DNA of 64,000 nucleotides from Actinomycetes bacterium (GTDB lineage Bacteria; Planctomycetota; Phycisphaerae; JAACET01): contig JAUXAG010000004.1 in assembly GCA_030614915.1 (NCBI GenBank), positions 77,065-141,064 of the forward strand, in the 5' to 3' direction. Below the pieces are notes generated by a model that was given only the letters and a program-made list of their open reading frames with translations, was not told the DNA's origin and did no database searches. This document shows positions 31,459-40,677 of this stretch, piece by piece. Position numbers and translations under genes: made by a program. Positions within the stretch are counted from its first letter, which is position 1. Each line of letters opens with the position of its first letter.

Positions 31459-31911
31459 ATGGAAATCAGGCCGGCCCGGATGGGCGACATCCCGGCGATG
31501 GCTGAGCTGATAAACTACCATGCCGAACGAGGGCGTATGCTGCACCGGTCCCGGGCCTACCTCTACGAACGGGTACGGAACTTCTGGGTTTGCCAAATGG
31601 ACAGCTGGATAGTCGGCTGCTGTGCCCTGGAGCCGGTCTGGACCGATCTGGGGGAACTGAAAAGCCTGGCGGTGCAGGAGGATCTGCGAGGACAGGGGAT
31701 AGGCAGAGCCCTAATCGAGGGGTGCCTGGAGGCGGGCCGACGCATAGACATAAAACGGGTGTTCTGCTTGACCCGTGAGGCAGCCTTCTTCGAGAATTTC
31801 GGCTTTGCCCGTCTCGAACGTAATAAACTGCCGCATAAGGTCTGGAGCGATTGCGTCAACTGCCCGGTAAAAGACAACTGCGACGAGATTGCTCTGCTGC
31901 TGGATCTTTAG
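31459..31911 (+). CDS. GNAT N-acetyltransferase (short ArgA-like amino-acid acetyltransferase)
   Basis: ELKSLAV...RGQGIG acetyl-CoA motif, LPHKVWSDC..CP. Confidence 0.88.
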   Translation: MEIRPARMGDIPAMAELINYHAERGRMLHRSRAYLYERVRNFWVCQMDSWIVGCCALEPVWTDLGELKSLAVQEDLRGQGIGRALIEGCLEAGRRIDIKRVFCLTREAAFFENFGFARLERNKLPHKVWSDCVNCPVKDNCDEIALLLDL

Positions 31912-31944
31912 GTGGCCATATAAGTGATTATTTGACTGTGTGTT

Positions 31945-31979
31945 AAAAAAATATAGCGCCGCCTTTTGGGGCGGCGCTA
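31945..31979 (-). terminator. Intrinsic terminator
   Basis: TAGCGCCGCC-CCAAAA-GGCGGCGCTA followed by TATTTTTTT on minus. Confidence 0.75.
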
Positions 31980-32074
31980 GAGGAGTATAGAAGAAGACGC
32001 CGGCCAGACCTTCCGGGGTCAATGCGGGCGGGCTTTCGACCGATGGTTACCTCTATGAAGCCCGCTCGGCGGCC
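31945..32074 (-). ncRNA. Candidate ~130-nt small RNA
   Basis: Own promoter TTGCCT-17-TACACT (32109-32081), internal stems, intrinsic terminator with U-tract only on the minus strand; both flanking genes are on plus. Confidence 0.55.
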
Positions 32075-32190
32075 AATGAAAGTGTACAATAAAATCACGT
32101 AAAAGGCAAATCGCAGGGGGCGGAGATTGGGCAAAAAATTATGAGCAAGCGAGGAGGACGTAGCGTCCCTGAAGCAAGGATAAGAATGGT

Positions 32191-32742
32191 ATGGTGCTAA
32201 AACCCCAAGACAATCCACCGGTGGTGTATCCGGAAGGCGCGTTGATAGAAGAGATAGAGGGCAGATGGTGGGTGGCTCACACCAAAGCCCGCAACGAAAA
32301 GTCGCTGGCCTGGGACCTGCTGAAAAGAGGGACATCGTACTTTCTGCCGATGGTGGAGAAGGTGCGGGGCGGAGGCGGACGTAAAGTCAAAAGCATCCTG
32401 GTGCTGTTTGCAGGGTATTTGTTCTTCTGCGGCAGCGAGGACGAACGCTATGGGGCAATGACGACTAATCGTATAGCCTCGACCATAGAGGTGGCGGATC
32501 AAGACAGACTAATCAGAGAGCTAAGCAGTATTCAAACGGCTATGAGTGGGCCAAAACAATTGGATCCCTTCCCTTATCTGCAGGCAGGGCAAAGATGCGT
32601 GGTGACATCCGGGCCGTTGAAGGGTATCGAAGGGCTGCTGGTGCAGCGGAAAAACGTGGACCGCCTGGTGCTGCAAGTACAGGTTCTGGGTCAAGCGGTG
32701 TCCACTGAAATCGATGCCAGTCTATTGGAGATAATCGATTAG
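32191..32742 (+). CDS. NusG paralogue (RfaH/UpxY/LoaP-like antiterminator)
   Basis: WWVAHTKARNEK, LFAGYLF NGN; KOW GPLKGIEG. Confidence 0.9.
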   Translation: MVLKPQDNPPVVYPEGALIEEIEGRWWVAHTKARNEKSLAWDLLKRGTSYFLPMVEKVRGGGGRKVKSILVLFAGYLFFCGSEDERYGAMTTNRIASTIEVADQDRLIRELSSIQTAMSGPKQLDPFPYLQAGQRCVVTSGPLKGIEGLLVQRKNVDRLVLQVQVLGQAVSTEIDASLLEIID

Positions 32743-32744
32743 AG

Positions 32745-32832
32745 AAGAAACTCCGGGTAAAGAGAGGCACAGAGGCACAAAGTAAGAAAGGCACGAAGTA
32801 AGACAAGGAAGACCGCCGGTGAAACCGGCGGA
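32745..32832 (+). repeat. Intergenic repeat module (AGGCACAGAGGCACAAAG) plus hairpin
   Basis: Same module at ~45217, ~49615, ~51516; hairpin CCGCCGGT-GAA-ACCGGCGG at 32813-32831. Confidence 0.6.
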
Positions 32833-32837
32833 GAGGT

Positions 32838-34133
32838 TCATCTGGGCAAGAACTGATAATAGAAGGCCTGCTGTTGAGATATGGGCGGCAGGGATGCTGG
32901 GGGCTTATCGGGGAGGTTCTCCACGACCACGTTGGCCGGGCTAGCCGAAGCGGGGCCAGGCCTGGCGACGGTAAAACTATCGATGATTTCACCGTCGGGC
33001 TGCTTGACGAGGACGGCGACGCTGTCCGGGGCGACAGTGAAAAGACAATAATGATGAACGGATATGCCGATGCCGTGGGCCAAGAGAGGGCTGGGCTTGG
33101 CGGAATAGAGGGGGGCACCACCTCCGCCACTGACGATGTGCTGAATGACGGAACCGTTTGGGCTGCGAATGGGACAGATGCGCTCGTAAAGATGAGAATG
33201 GCCGGCGAGCACGAAATCGACACGGGCTTCCTGCAAGAGCGGTAAGACGTCGTCATGGCCCCAGTGGCTTCTGTTGCCGGCAATGTTGAATATGGGCTCG
33301 TGGAGCATGACAAATAGCCAGGCCTGTGGGCGGCGAAGTCGCAATTCGGTCAGATGGTTCTTGAGCCAATGTAGCTGGGCTCGGTGCTCGGCGTTTTTCA
33401 GATTGCTGTCGAGGATGATGAAGGTAGCCGAGCCACAGTCAAAACTATAGTAGAGTTCGTTGCCGGGCAGTTCGAAGAGGGCCCGATATAGAGGGCCTTG
33501 AGACTCGTGGTTGCCACGAGCGGGCCAGAGTGGCGTATCGAGCAAGAGCTGGACGGCAGGATTGAAAAACTGGTGGGCCCACTGGTCAAATATGCGACCG
33601 TCAGTCACATAATCTCCGGAAGAGAGGACAAAGAGTGGTTTTTCGGCGGCAATGGCGTCGGCAACTTTTCGGTGATCGTCCGGAGCGGTGCGATGATCGC
33701 CATAAAGGGCAAAAGTGAAGTTTTGTTCGGGCGACGAGCTGAGAGTACGGAAATTTCCGCTTAGCTGCTCATCGCCGGAACGGATGGAATAGGTATAAGA
33801 GGTGTAGGGGGCCAGTCCGTCGGCCTGGACAAGGTAGAGGAAGGCCCGGACGTAGGGGATGGGCTTGAGAGTGGGGCGAAATTGCCTGGAAAAGGTTTCG
33901 GTCTGGATAGTAACCGTGGCGGGTAGATCGCTGCTGGTGCTGAGCCAAACAATCGCGGCCCGGTCAGAACCAACAGAGTTGAGGTAAGGACCGGCGAGAA
34001 AAACGGAGGGCGGGGCAGGGGCGTCGGCTGAGTCGGTGGCGGCGTTGTGGGTGTAAATAAGTACGGCGGACAGGGCCAGCAAGAAAATACAAAGCAACAG
34101 CCAACGAACTCGAGCGGCCTGCGGTGAATTCAT
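32838..34133 (-). CDS. Secreted/membrane-anchored metallophosphoesterase (purple acid phosphatase-like, FN3-like N-domain)
   Basis: GDH, GDYV, GNHE, GHSHLYER motifs; N-terminal hydrophobic segment. Confidence 0.87.
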   Translation of the reverse strand: MNSPQAARVRWLLLCIFLLALSAVLIYTHNAATDSADAPAPPSVFLAGPYLNSVGSDRAAIVWLSTSSDLPATVTIQTETFSRQFRPTLKPIPYVRAFLYLVQADGLAPYTSYTYSIRSGDEQLSGNFRTLSSSPEQNFTFALYGDHRTAPDDHRKVADAIAAEKPLFVLSSGDYVTDGRIFDQWAHQFFNPAVQLLLDTPLWPARGNHESQGPLYRALFELPGNELYYSFDCGSATFIILDSNLKNAEHRAQLHWLKNHLTELRLRRPQAWLFVMLHEPIFNIAGNRSHWGHDDVLPLLQEARVDFVLAGHSHLYERICPIRSPNGSVIQHIVSGGGGAPLYSAKPSPLLAHGIGISVHHYCLFTVAPDSVAVLVKQPDGEIIDSFTVARPGPASASPANVVVENLPDKPPASLPPISQQQAFYYQFLPR

Positions 34134-34176
34134 CCAAGTCTACTCCAAAGAAGCGGATCGGATAAAAGCAGAGAGG

Positions 34177-34881
34177 TTATGTTTTCCGCCAGTTCCAGAC
34201 GGCACGGGCGACAAGAAGTCCGATGAAAACGGAAGCAACGACATCGGAGAGCCAATGGGCCCCAAAGATGATGCGATGAGCTCCGCAACCGATGGCCAGG
34301 GCATAGAAGATCCATCGGGCCGGCGGATACAGCGCTGCCAAACCGACGGCAAAGGCAAAGGCTGTGGCGGTGTGGGCTGAGGGAAAAGACTGCTTTTGCG
34401 AAGCCCGCAGTGGCTCCGTGACAACGATCTTCTGCTGCTTGGGGAGAGGACGTTCGAGAGAAGGAGGTTGAGGATTTTGGCCGAGGAAAAAACCCAGGCT
34501 CAGGACGGTGTCATAGCCGCTGGTGTGGCGTGGCCTGACACGATGGACAACAAGCCTGATGGGGTAGACAAAGGCCAGCGGCAAAAGAATGCAAATTATC
34601 AGGCGAAGCAGCTTGGAGCGTCGAGGTTTGTCCAGAACGAAGATAAGCAGGCAGGCAACGACGATGGCGACCCCCTGGCCGAATTCTTTGAAAGACTCGA
34701 AGGTGCGGACGACATCGCCGGACATGCCATCGACGTTGGCCCGACGGACCAACTGGAGTATCGGCCGATCCAGGCAAAAGGAAATAATCATGGAGACAAG
34801 AATAAGGATGGCCCAAAAGAGCCAAGGTCGGCGAACATTGCGCTTCAGGGCGGAGGGCAAATTGGTTATACTTTCAGGCAT
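34177..34881 (-). CDS. PAP2-family membrane phosphatase
   Basis: RVRP, SFPSAH, HRIIFGAHWLSD motifs; several TM helices. Confidence 0.87.
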   Translation of the reverse strand: MPESITNLPSALKRNVRRPWLFWAILILVSMIISFCLDRPILQLVRRANVDGMSGDVVRTFESFKEFGQGVAIVVACLLIFVLDKPRRSKLLRLIICILLPLAFVYPIRLVVHRVRPRHTSGYDTVLSLGFFLGQNPQPPSLERPLPKQQKIVVTEPLRASQKQSFPSAHTATAFAFAVGLAALYPPARWIFYALAIGCGAHRIIFGAHWLSDVVASVFIGLLVARAVWNWRKT

Positions 34882-36829
34882 GAGAAGTTTCCATTTGGCA
34901 AGTCATAAACAAAAGGCCAACCATTATCTTTTGCTGGCCGTGGTGCTGGGGGCGGCGGGGCTGGTATATCTGCTGGGCAATGACAGAATTGCCCTGTGGG
35001 ACCGGGACGAGCCACGCTTTTCCCAAGCCGGGCGGGAGATGACCCGGGGCGAAGATTTCATCGTTCCCTATTTTAACGGCGACTACCGTTTTGACAAGCC
35101 CATTCTGATTTACTGGCTGATGACGGTGAACAACTGGCTATTGGGGGTGGGGGATTTTGCGGCCCGATTGGGGTCTTCAGTAAGTGGGGTGCTGGCCTGT
35201 GGGTTGATGTACCTGGTTGGTCGGAGGCTGTTCAATCGGCAGGTGGGGCTTATGGGAGCGGCGATTTTGGCGAGCTTCCCACTGTTCATGGTAGAAAGCA
35301 AGCTGGCTACGGCAGACGCTCTGCTGGCGGTGTTTATGGTGGCTGCCCTGGGCCTGTGGCTGGGCATGCAAGGGGGGCAAAGGCGGTGGTATTGGGCGGT
35401 GTTGCTGGGGTTGGCGTTGGGGCTGGGGACACTGACGAAGGGCCCGGTAATCTGGCTGTTCATCTGGGCGGGTTCGATGGCTACGCTGCTGCTGGAGCTG
35501 CGACGGGGTCGTCGGTGGGGTATCTGGCTGGTGGCAGCAAGCGTTGTGGGGCTGGCGGGGATGTGCTGGTGGTCGGGGCCGCCAAAGACCGTGCAGACGG
35601 GCGCGGAAATAGCGGAGCTTTTGGCTTGGCTGGGCGGAGGGTTTCTAATAATCGGCTTGCCCATAGCAGGAACGATTAGCCTGGGGGGTAATGAACGGAA
35701 AGGGGCCGGCTGGAGGAGACTGTTCAAAAGCTATGGGCTGGTGCTGCTGGGAATGGTAGTGGCGGGGGCGGTATTTTTGCCGTGGGGACTGGCGGCGGTG
35801 ATTCGGACAAACGGAGCGTACTGGAGCGAAGGGGTGGGCAGGCACGTGGTGGAGCGCACTGCGCAAAGTCTTGAGGGGCATTGGGGGCCGCCGGGATATT
35901 ACCTGGCGAGCTGGATAGTGTGCGCATTTCCGTGGAGCGTGCTTGGGCCTGTGGCTATCTGGCAGGGGTGGCGGATAAGCAAACGGGATCGGCGAGTGGC
36001 GGGGCTTCTGGGTTGGGTAATCGGCCCCTGGCTGGTGTTGGAAGTGGTGCAAACGAAATTGGTGCATTACGTGCTGGGATGCTATCCGGCCATGGCCCTT
36101 CTGATCGCGGTAGCGCTGTATCAGTGGCGGAACAAACTGAGCAAAATAATGGTCGGTAAAAAGCTGGGGAGGATTGCTCTGTCAGGGTTGTGGATCATCG
36201 GGCTGGTGGTGGCGGTAGGAATGACAATAGCAGTGGGCGTTTTAGCATTAGGGCCCATAGCAGAGCTTGGTGAGGGAGTATCGGGCAGATATAGGCTAGT
36301 GCTTGGGGCAGGCTTGGCTGGGTTAGTAGTCATAGCCACGGCGCTGGCGGTGCGGGGGAGTCTGAAGAAAGGCTGGGGCCGAGCTGGTGTGGTGAGTGGA
36401 TTCGTGGGAGTGATGATCTGCGGGGCAATTGCCGGGGGCTGGGTGGCGCCGCGTATCGGCAGTTACCGGATTAGTCGCAGGGCAGCAGAGGCGGCCAGGG
36501 AGATAAGTCCAGGAGGGACGCGGTTTGTGCTGTTCGGGTTCGATGAGCCGAGTGTTATCTGGTACCTGGGTGCAGATAAGCCGGTGCTGATAGTCAACAG
36601 TGTCGAACAATTGGCTGAGATTTGGGCAAAAGAAGAAAAAGTCTGTGCAATCATCAGCAAAAAAAAGATGGAGAGGTTGAAAGTTTCAGGATTTGAGCCG
36701 AGCGACGTCGGCAGATGGGTCGAGGGGGTTTATCTGGGCAAATGGCGGAGAGAAGAACTGTGGGTGGGGGTGAATAAAGAAGGCTTGAGGCAGAGAATAC
36801 AGAAAGAAATACAGAGTATTAGACGCTGA
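34880..36829 (+). CDS. ArnT/PMT-like (GT83/GT39) lipid-carrier-dependent glycosyltransferase
   Basis: DRDEPRF, FDKPILIYW, LTKGP, TKLVHYV motifs; many TMs; first in-frame ATG outside the PAP2 gene is at 34880. Confidence 0.87.
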   Translation: MRSFHLASHKQKANHYLLLAVVLGAAGLVYLLGNDRIALWDRDEPRFSQAGREMTRGEDFIVPYFNGDYRFDKPILIYWLMTVNNWLLGVGDFAARLGSSVSGVLACGLMYLVGRRLFNRQVGLMGAAILASFPLFMVESKLATADALLAVFMVAALGLWLGMQGGQRRWYWAVLLGLALGLGTLTKGPVIWLFIWAGSMATLLLELRRGRRWGIWLVAASVVGLAGMCWWSGPPKTVQTGAEIAELLAWLGGGFLIIGLPIAGTISLGGNERKGAGWRRLFKSYGLVLLGMVVAGAVFLPWGLAAVIRTNGAYWSEGVGRHVVERTAQSLEGHWGPPGYYLASWIVCAFPWSVLGPVAIWQGWRISKRDRRVAGLLGWVIGPWLVLEVVQTKLVHYVLGCYPAMALLIAVALYQWRNKLSKIMVGKKLGRIALSGLWIIGLVVAVGMTIAVGVLALGPIAELGEGVSGRYRLVLGAGLAGLVVIATALAVRGSLKKGWGRAGVVSGFVGVMICGAIAGGWVAPRIGSYRISRRAAEAAREISPGGTRFVLFGFDEPSVIWYLGADKPVLIVNSVEQLAEIWAKEEKVCAIISKKKMERLKVSGFEPSDVGRWVEGVYLGKWRREELWVGVNKEGLRQRIQKEIQSIRR

Positions 36830-37296
36830 TTGCGCAGATTGCGCAGATAATACAGAAAGAAATACAGAAAGATGGACCCCTGCCTCCGCAGGGGTGACAG
36901 AAAAGAGACCCCCAGGATAAACCTGGGGGCTAAACGAGGAAACCCCGGGTAACGCGTAGCGTCCTTCGGAAACCCGGGGCTAAATATGGGTGGGGGTGAA
37001 TAGTAAAGAAGGCCTGAGGCGTGCTCGTGCTTCCAGCCTTCGCAGTGCCTACTCCGCCGAAGTGGCTACGAAGGCTGGAAGCTGCTACGGAGAACGGATC
37101 GCAGAGTAGTAAGGCCTGGGACTTGAGGCGGATAATACAGAAAGAAATACAGAGTACTCACCACGAAGGCACGAAGTAGGAAAGAAGGATAAAAAGATGG
37201 ATCCCCGCCTTCGCGGGGATGACAATAAGGTGGGGCAAGTGGTCAGTCCGGGCTGGCGAGCCTACTTCGCCGAAGTAGCTTCGGCTACGAAGGCTG
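36760..37296 (+). repeat. Composite intergenic mosaic of short repeat modules
   Basis: CCCCCAGGATAAACCTGGGGGCTAAA (36909-36934), 17-bp unit (36953-36969), GCTCGTGCTTC...GAGTAGTAAGGC, ATACAGAAAGAAATACAG, CACCACGAAGGCACGAAG, palindromic ...GATGACA units. Confidence 0.85.
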
Positions 37297-38091
37297 AAGG
37301 GTGAGGATTTGGTTGGCGGCGGTGAGGGCTTGGGAAAGGAACTCGGCGGGGTCGGTTACAGGCGAGTTGGCCATGGTCGCTTCAAGAGTCAGATAGCCGT
37401 TGTAAGTTTGCCAAGGAAAGGCTCGGACGAAGGCGGAGAAGTCAATTACACCTTGGCCGGGAATCAGATGGTCGTCGGATTGGCCGAGGTTGTCGTGGAT
37501 GTGAGTGGTCAGCAGACGGTGGCCCCAGCGCCGCAGGAGGTTGAAGGTTTGGCCGGGGATGAGCTGGTCGTGGCCGGAATCGTAACATAAGCCGACGGTC
37601 GAGGCAGGGAATTGGCTGAGAATCCACTCGAGCGGAGCAATACTGTCTAAAGTGTTCTCGACGGCTAGGAGGATGTTGGCACTGACGGCGGCCTCTATCA
37701 GCTCGGTGAAACTGCGCCGGCCCAGGGCAGAAAGCTGCGGCGGAGCTTCTCCGCGATGAGCATGGATGATAACAACAGGGATTTGCAGCTCGAGGGCGTC
37801 ATTGATGGCGAGCTTGAGGCGATCGAGGGCTTTGGTTCTAAGGGAATTGTCCGGGCTGGATAAATCAGTAGTCAACTCAAAGGGGGCATGGAGAGATCCG
37901 AGAACCAGGCCGTGGACGTCTCGGGCGGCGCGGAGGAACTGCTTGTAATAGTCGGGCATGGGAGCAGTGCCGGGGTCGCCGGCTCCCCAGACGGTAATGG
38001 CCTTGAAGCCGGAGCGAATAATGAGCTCGAAGACCTGCTCGGGGGGCAAGTCAGGATTGAAATAACTGCAAATGGCGGGTTCAGGGAACAT
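37285..38091 (-). CDS. Sugar phosphate isomerase/epimerase (xylose-isomerase-like TIM barrel)
   Basis: LHAPF, LAVEN, CYDSGH, HIHDN..DDH.IPGQG.IDF, TLE motifs. Confidence 0.85.
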   Translation of the reverse strand: MFPEPAICSYFNPDLPPEQVFELIIRSGFKAITVWGAGDPGTAPMPDYYKQFLRAARDVHGLVLGSLHAPFELTTDLSSPDNSLRTKALDRLKLAINDALELQIPVVIIHAHRGEAPPQLSALGRRSFTELIEAAVSANILLAVENTLDSIAPLEWILSQFPASTVGLCYDSGHDQLIPGQTFNLLRRWGHRLLTTHIHDNLGQSDDHLIPGQGVIDFSAFVRAFPWQTYNGYLTLEATMANSPVTDPAEFLSQALTAANQILTLQPS

Positions 38092-38123
38092 GGAAGTTAT
38101 GGCCTTCAGTTACGAAGTCCGAA

Positions 38124-39446
38124 TCAATAGCGAATGACGTCCTTGGGGAGTTGGCCAGTAGTGGCCAGGGAATCGAGGTAACGAATTCGTCCGGCGACGA
38201 TGGTGGCGACGGCCTTGCCGGTGAGGGTTCGGCCGATGAAGGGGCAGTTACGGCTGAGGCTGTGAAAGGCTTCGGGGCGGACGAGCCATGTTCGGCGAGG
38301 GTCGATGAGGGTCAGGTCGGCAGGGCAGCCGGGGGCGATGCGGGGCCTCTCGAGGCCGAGGACGGCGGCAGGGTTTGTGGTGAGCTTTTGTATCAGCTGT
38401 GGCCAGGTAAGCAGGCCAGGGACGATGAGCTCAGTGATGTAAACGGCCAGGGCGGTCTCCAAACCAATCATGCCGGCGGGGGCGGCGGCGAAATCGCGGG
38501 CTTTGTCGGCAGGAGTGTGGGGTGCGTGGTCGCAGGCCAAGCAGTCGATGGTGCCGTCGGCCAGAGCAGTCTTGAGGGCGGCAACGTCGGCGGCACTGCG
38601 CAAAGGTGGGCGGACTTTGTAAAGAGGATCGAGCCCGCGACAAAGCTCGTCGGTCAGGGATAAGTGGTGGGGGGTGGCTTCGGTGGTGATGCTCAGACCT
38701 TCTGATTCCAGCAGGGAGAGAACTCGCACGGTGTCGGCAGATGAGACATGAGCGAGGTGGTAGCGGCAGGACGCGTCGGCAGCAGCGAGCAATTCGACGT
38801 CTCGAACGAAGGCTTCGGCCTCGGTTTGGCCGGATGAGCCGGACAGGCCGGTGGCGTCGGCGACAGGGCCGGCGTTGAGGTCGCCGCGTCCGTTGGCGGG
38901 GTCTTCGCAGTGCTGAATTATGGCGAGGTTCAAGGCGGCGGCCTGGTCGATAGCCTGCTGCATTAGTTGACGGTCGGATAGGTAGTCGCCGTCGTCGCTG
39001 AAGGCGAGGGCGCCGGCTTGGGCCATGGCGGGCAAGTCGGCGAGTTGTCGGCCCTGCCGGCCAATGGTAACGGCTCCGACGACATATAGGCGGCAGAGGT
39101 CGGTCTGCTGAGCGTGGTCGGCGACGAAACGGACCATCTCGGCAGTGTCGATGCAGGGAGTGGTGTTAGGCATGGCAGCGACGGCGGTAAATCCGCCGCA
39201 GACGGCGGCCCGCGAACCGCTGAGGATGGTCTCGGCCTGCTCGCGGCCGGGCTGGCGGAAGTGGACGTGGATGTCAATCAGGCCGGGAGTTATCAGCAGG
39301 CCCTGGGCATCGATGGTGATGTCTGCTGTGCTGGGGACTTGGCCAAGGGCGGCTATTCGGTCGTCCTCGATGAACAGGTCTGCAGGGACAGCGGGGCTGC
39401 CAGCGGGGTCGATAGTTCGGCCGTTTTTGATTAGTACTGAATTCAA
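38124..39446 (-). CDS. pyrC: Dihydroorotase
   Basis: PGLIDIHVHFR, MPNT, HCED, EATPHH, DHAPH motifs; follows pyrB. Confidence 0.93.
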   Translation of the reverse strand: MNSVLIKNGRTIDPAGSPAVPADLFIEDDRIAALGQVPSTADITIDAQGLLITPGLIDIHVHFRQPGREQAETILSGSRAAVCGGFTAVAAMPNTTPCIDTAEMVRFVADHAQQTDLCRLYVVGAVTIGRQGRQLADLPAMAQAGALAFSDDGDYLSDRQLMQQAIDQAAALNLAIIQHCEDPANGRGDLNAGPVADATGLSGSSGQTEAEAFVRDVELLAAADASCRYHLAHVSSADTVRVLSLLESEGLSITTEATPHHLSLTDELCRGLDPLYKVRPPLRSAADVAALKTALADGTIDCLACDHAPHTPADKARDFAAAPAGMIGLETALAVYITELIVPGLLTWPQLIQKLTTNPAAVLGLERPRIAPGCPADLTLIDPRRTWLVRPEAFHSLSRNCPFIGRTLTGKAVATIVAGRIRYLDSLATTGQLPKDVIRY

Positions 39447-39482
39447 TAGCTAAACTCAGTGTGGTCGTAGAGAGCTAAACGC

Positions 39483-40529
39483 TCAGTGATCAAGAATGTC
39501 CTTGTCTACGGCGAACATGTGAGCAATGAGGGCGGCCCGGATCCACATGCCGTTCTCGGCTTGGTCGAAATAGACGGCCCGGGGATCAGAATCGATGGCG
39601 GTTTGAATCTCTCGGCGACGGGGCAAAGGATGCAGGATGTAACAGTGGGGCTTGAGGGTTTTGAGGTGCTGAGCCTGCAGGCCGAGGCGGCTGTAGTCCA
39701 TGGAAATCTTGGCGCCCTGGTCCCATTCGTCCTGGATGCGGGTCATGTATATGGCGTCGACTTCGGCAAGGTGGGCGTGAATGTCGCTAGTTTCAATAAA
39801 GGCAGTGGAGTTTTGGCGGAGGTGAGCTTTGATATCTTCGGCCATGGCCAGGTCGTCGGGTGCAGCAAAGATCAATTCGACGCCTGGATAGTTGGTGAGC
39901 AGATAGGCGAGGGAGCGGGCGGTTCGGCCTCGCTTGAGGTCGCCGACGAGCATAATTTTTTTGTGGTCGAGACCGCCGACGTCGGCGAAGCAGCGGTGGA
40001 GGGTGTAAAGGTCGAGCAGGGCCTGGGTGGGGTGCTGGTCGGTTCCGGAGCCGGCGTTGATGATGGGTTTTCGGCCGGGCCAAGATAGCATCTGAAAGGC
40101 CATTTTTTCGCAGAAGCCGGCTTCGGACTGGCGCATGATGACAAGATCGTGATAAATGGAAAAGATTCGCAGGGCGTCCTGCCGGGTTTCGCCCTTGACT
40201 TCGGAAGAAGTGCTGGGGTCGCGGACGTCTGCAGTGCTCATGCCCAGGATGTGACAGGCGGCGGCAAACGACAGAAAGGTGCGGGTGGAAGGCTGAGTGA
40301 AGTAGAGCATGGCCCGGCGGTCGGGCAGGAGGGCGCGGAGAAAGAGCCGGCCTTGGCTGGTGTGGCTGAGGGTGCGGACGGCGTCGGCCAATCGGAAGAG
40401 GTCCTCCAAGAGAGGTCGATCAAACTGCTGGGCATAGACCAGGGCCAAGAGGCGGTTGTTCTCGATGAAATATTGACAGCGTTGGCTGACTCGCAGAGCT
40501 AGGAATTCGTCGAGACTGACAGTGGACAT
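39483..40529 (-). CDS. pyrB: Aspartate carbamoyltransferase
   Basis: PSTRT, HPTQALLD, YMTRIQ, HPLP motifs. Confidence 0.93.
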   Translation of the reverse strand: MSTVSLDEFLALRVSQRCQYFIENNRLLALVYAQQFDRPLLEDLFRLADAVRTLSHTSQGRLFLRALLPDRRAMLYFTQPSTRTFLSFAAACHILGMSTADVRDPSTSSEVKGETRQDALRIFSIYHDLVIMRQSEAGFCEKMAFQMLSWPGRKPIINAGSGTDQHPTQALLDLYTLHRCFADVGGLDHKKIMLVGDLKRGRTARSLAYLLTNYPGVELIFAAPDDLAMAEDIKAHLRQNSTAFIETSDIHAHLAEVDAIYMTRIQDEWDQGAKISMDYSRLGLQAQHLKTLKPHCYILHPLPRRREIQTAIDSDPRAVYFDQAENGMWIRAALIAHMFAVDKDILDH

Positions 40530-40581
40530 GGGCTCACCCGGAACTCGGCATATTCTCTGCCGTAGGTTACGCTGACAGATC

Positions 40582-40663
40582 TAATATAACAGGTCATCAG
40601 AATTTGGGCAAGTGCAAGCCGTGGTCAAAAAGCTTGCCAACGCGTACCGGATTCTGCTATATT
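40582..40663. promoter_or_regulatory. Divergent sigma70-type promoters for pyrBC (minus) and tRNA-Ala (plus)
   Basis: Minus: TTGCCC-17-TATATT with TG; plus: TTGCCA(40634)-18-TATATT with TG. Confidence 0.55.
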
Positions 40664-40677
40664 GGTCAATGCAGAAT

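Noticed and set aside
32000-32025. SRP RNA-like CCGGAAGG loop in the candidate sRNA
   Set aside because: Lacks the flanking CAGG and AGCAG of SRP helix 8.
34589-34879. 97-codon N-terminal extension of the ArnT-like ORF
   Set aside because: Lies wholly antisense to the PAP2 gene; family similarity starts only after ATG 34880.
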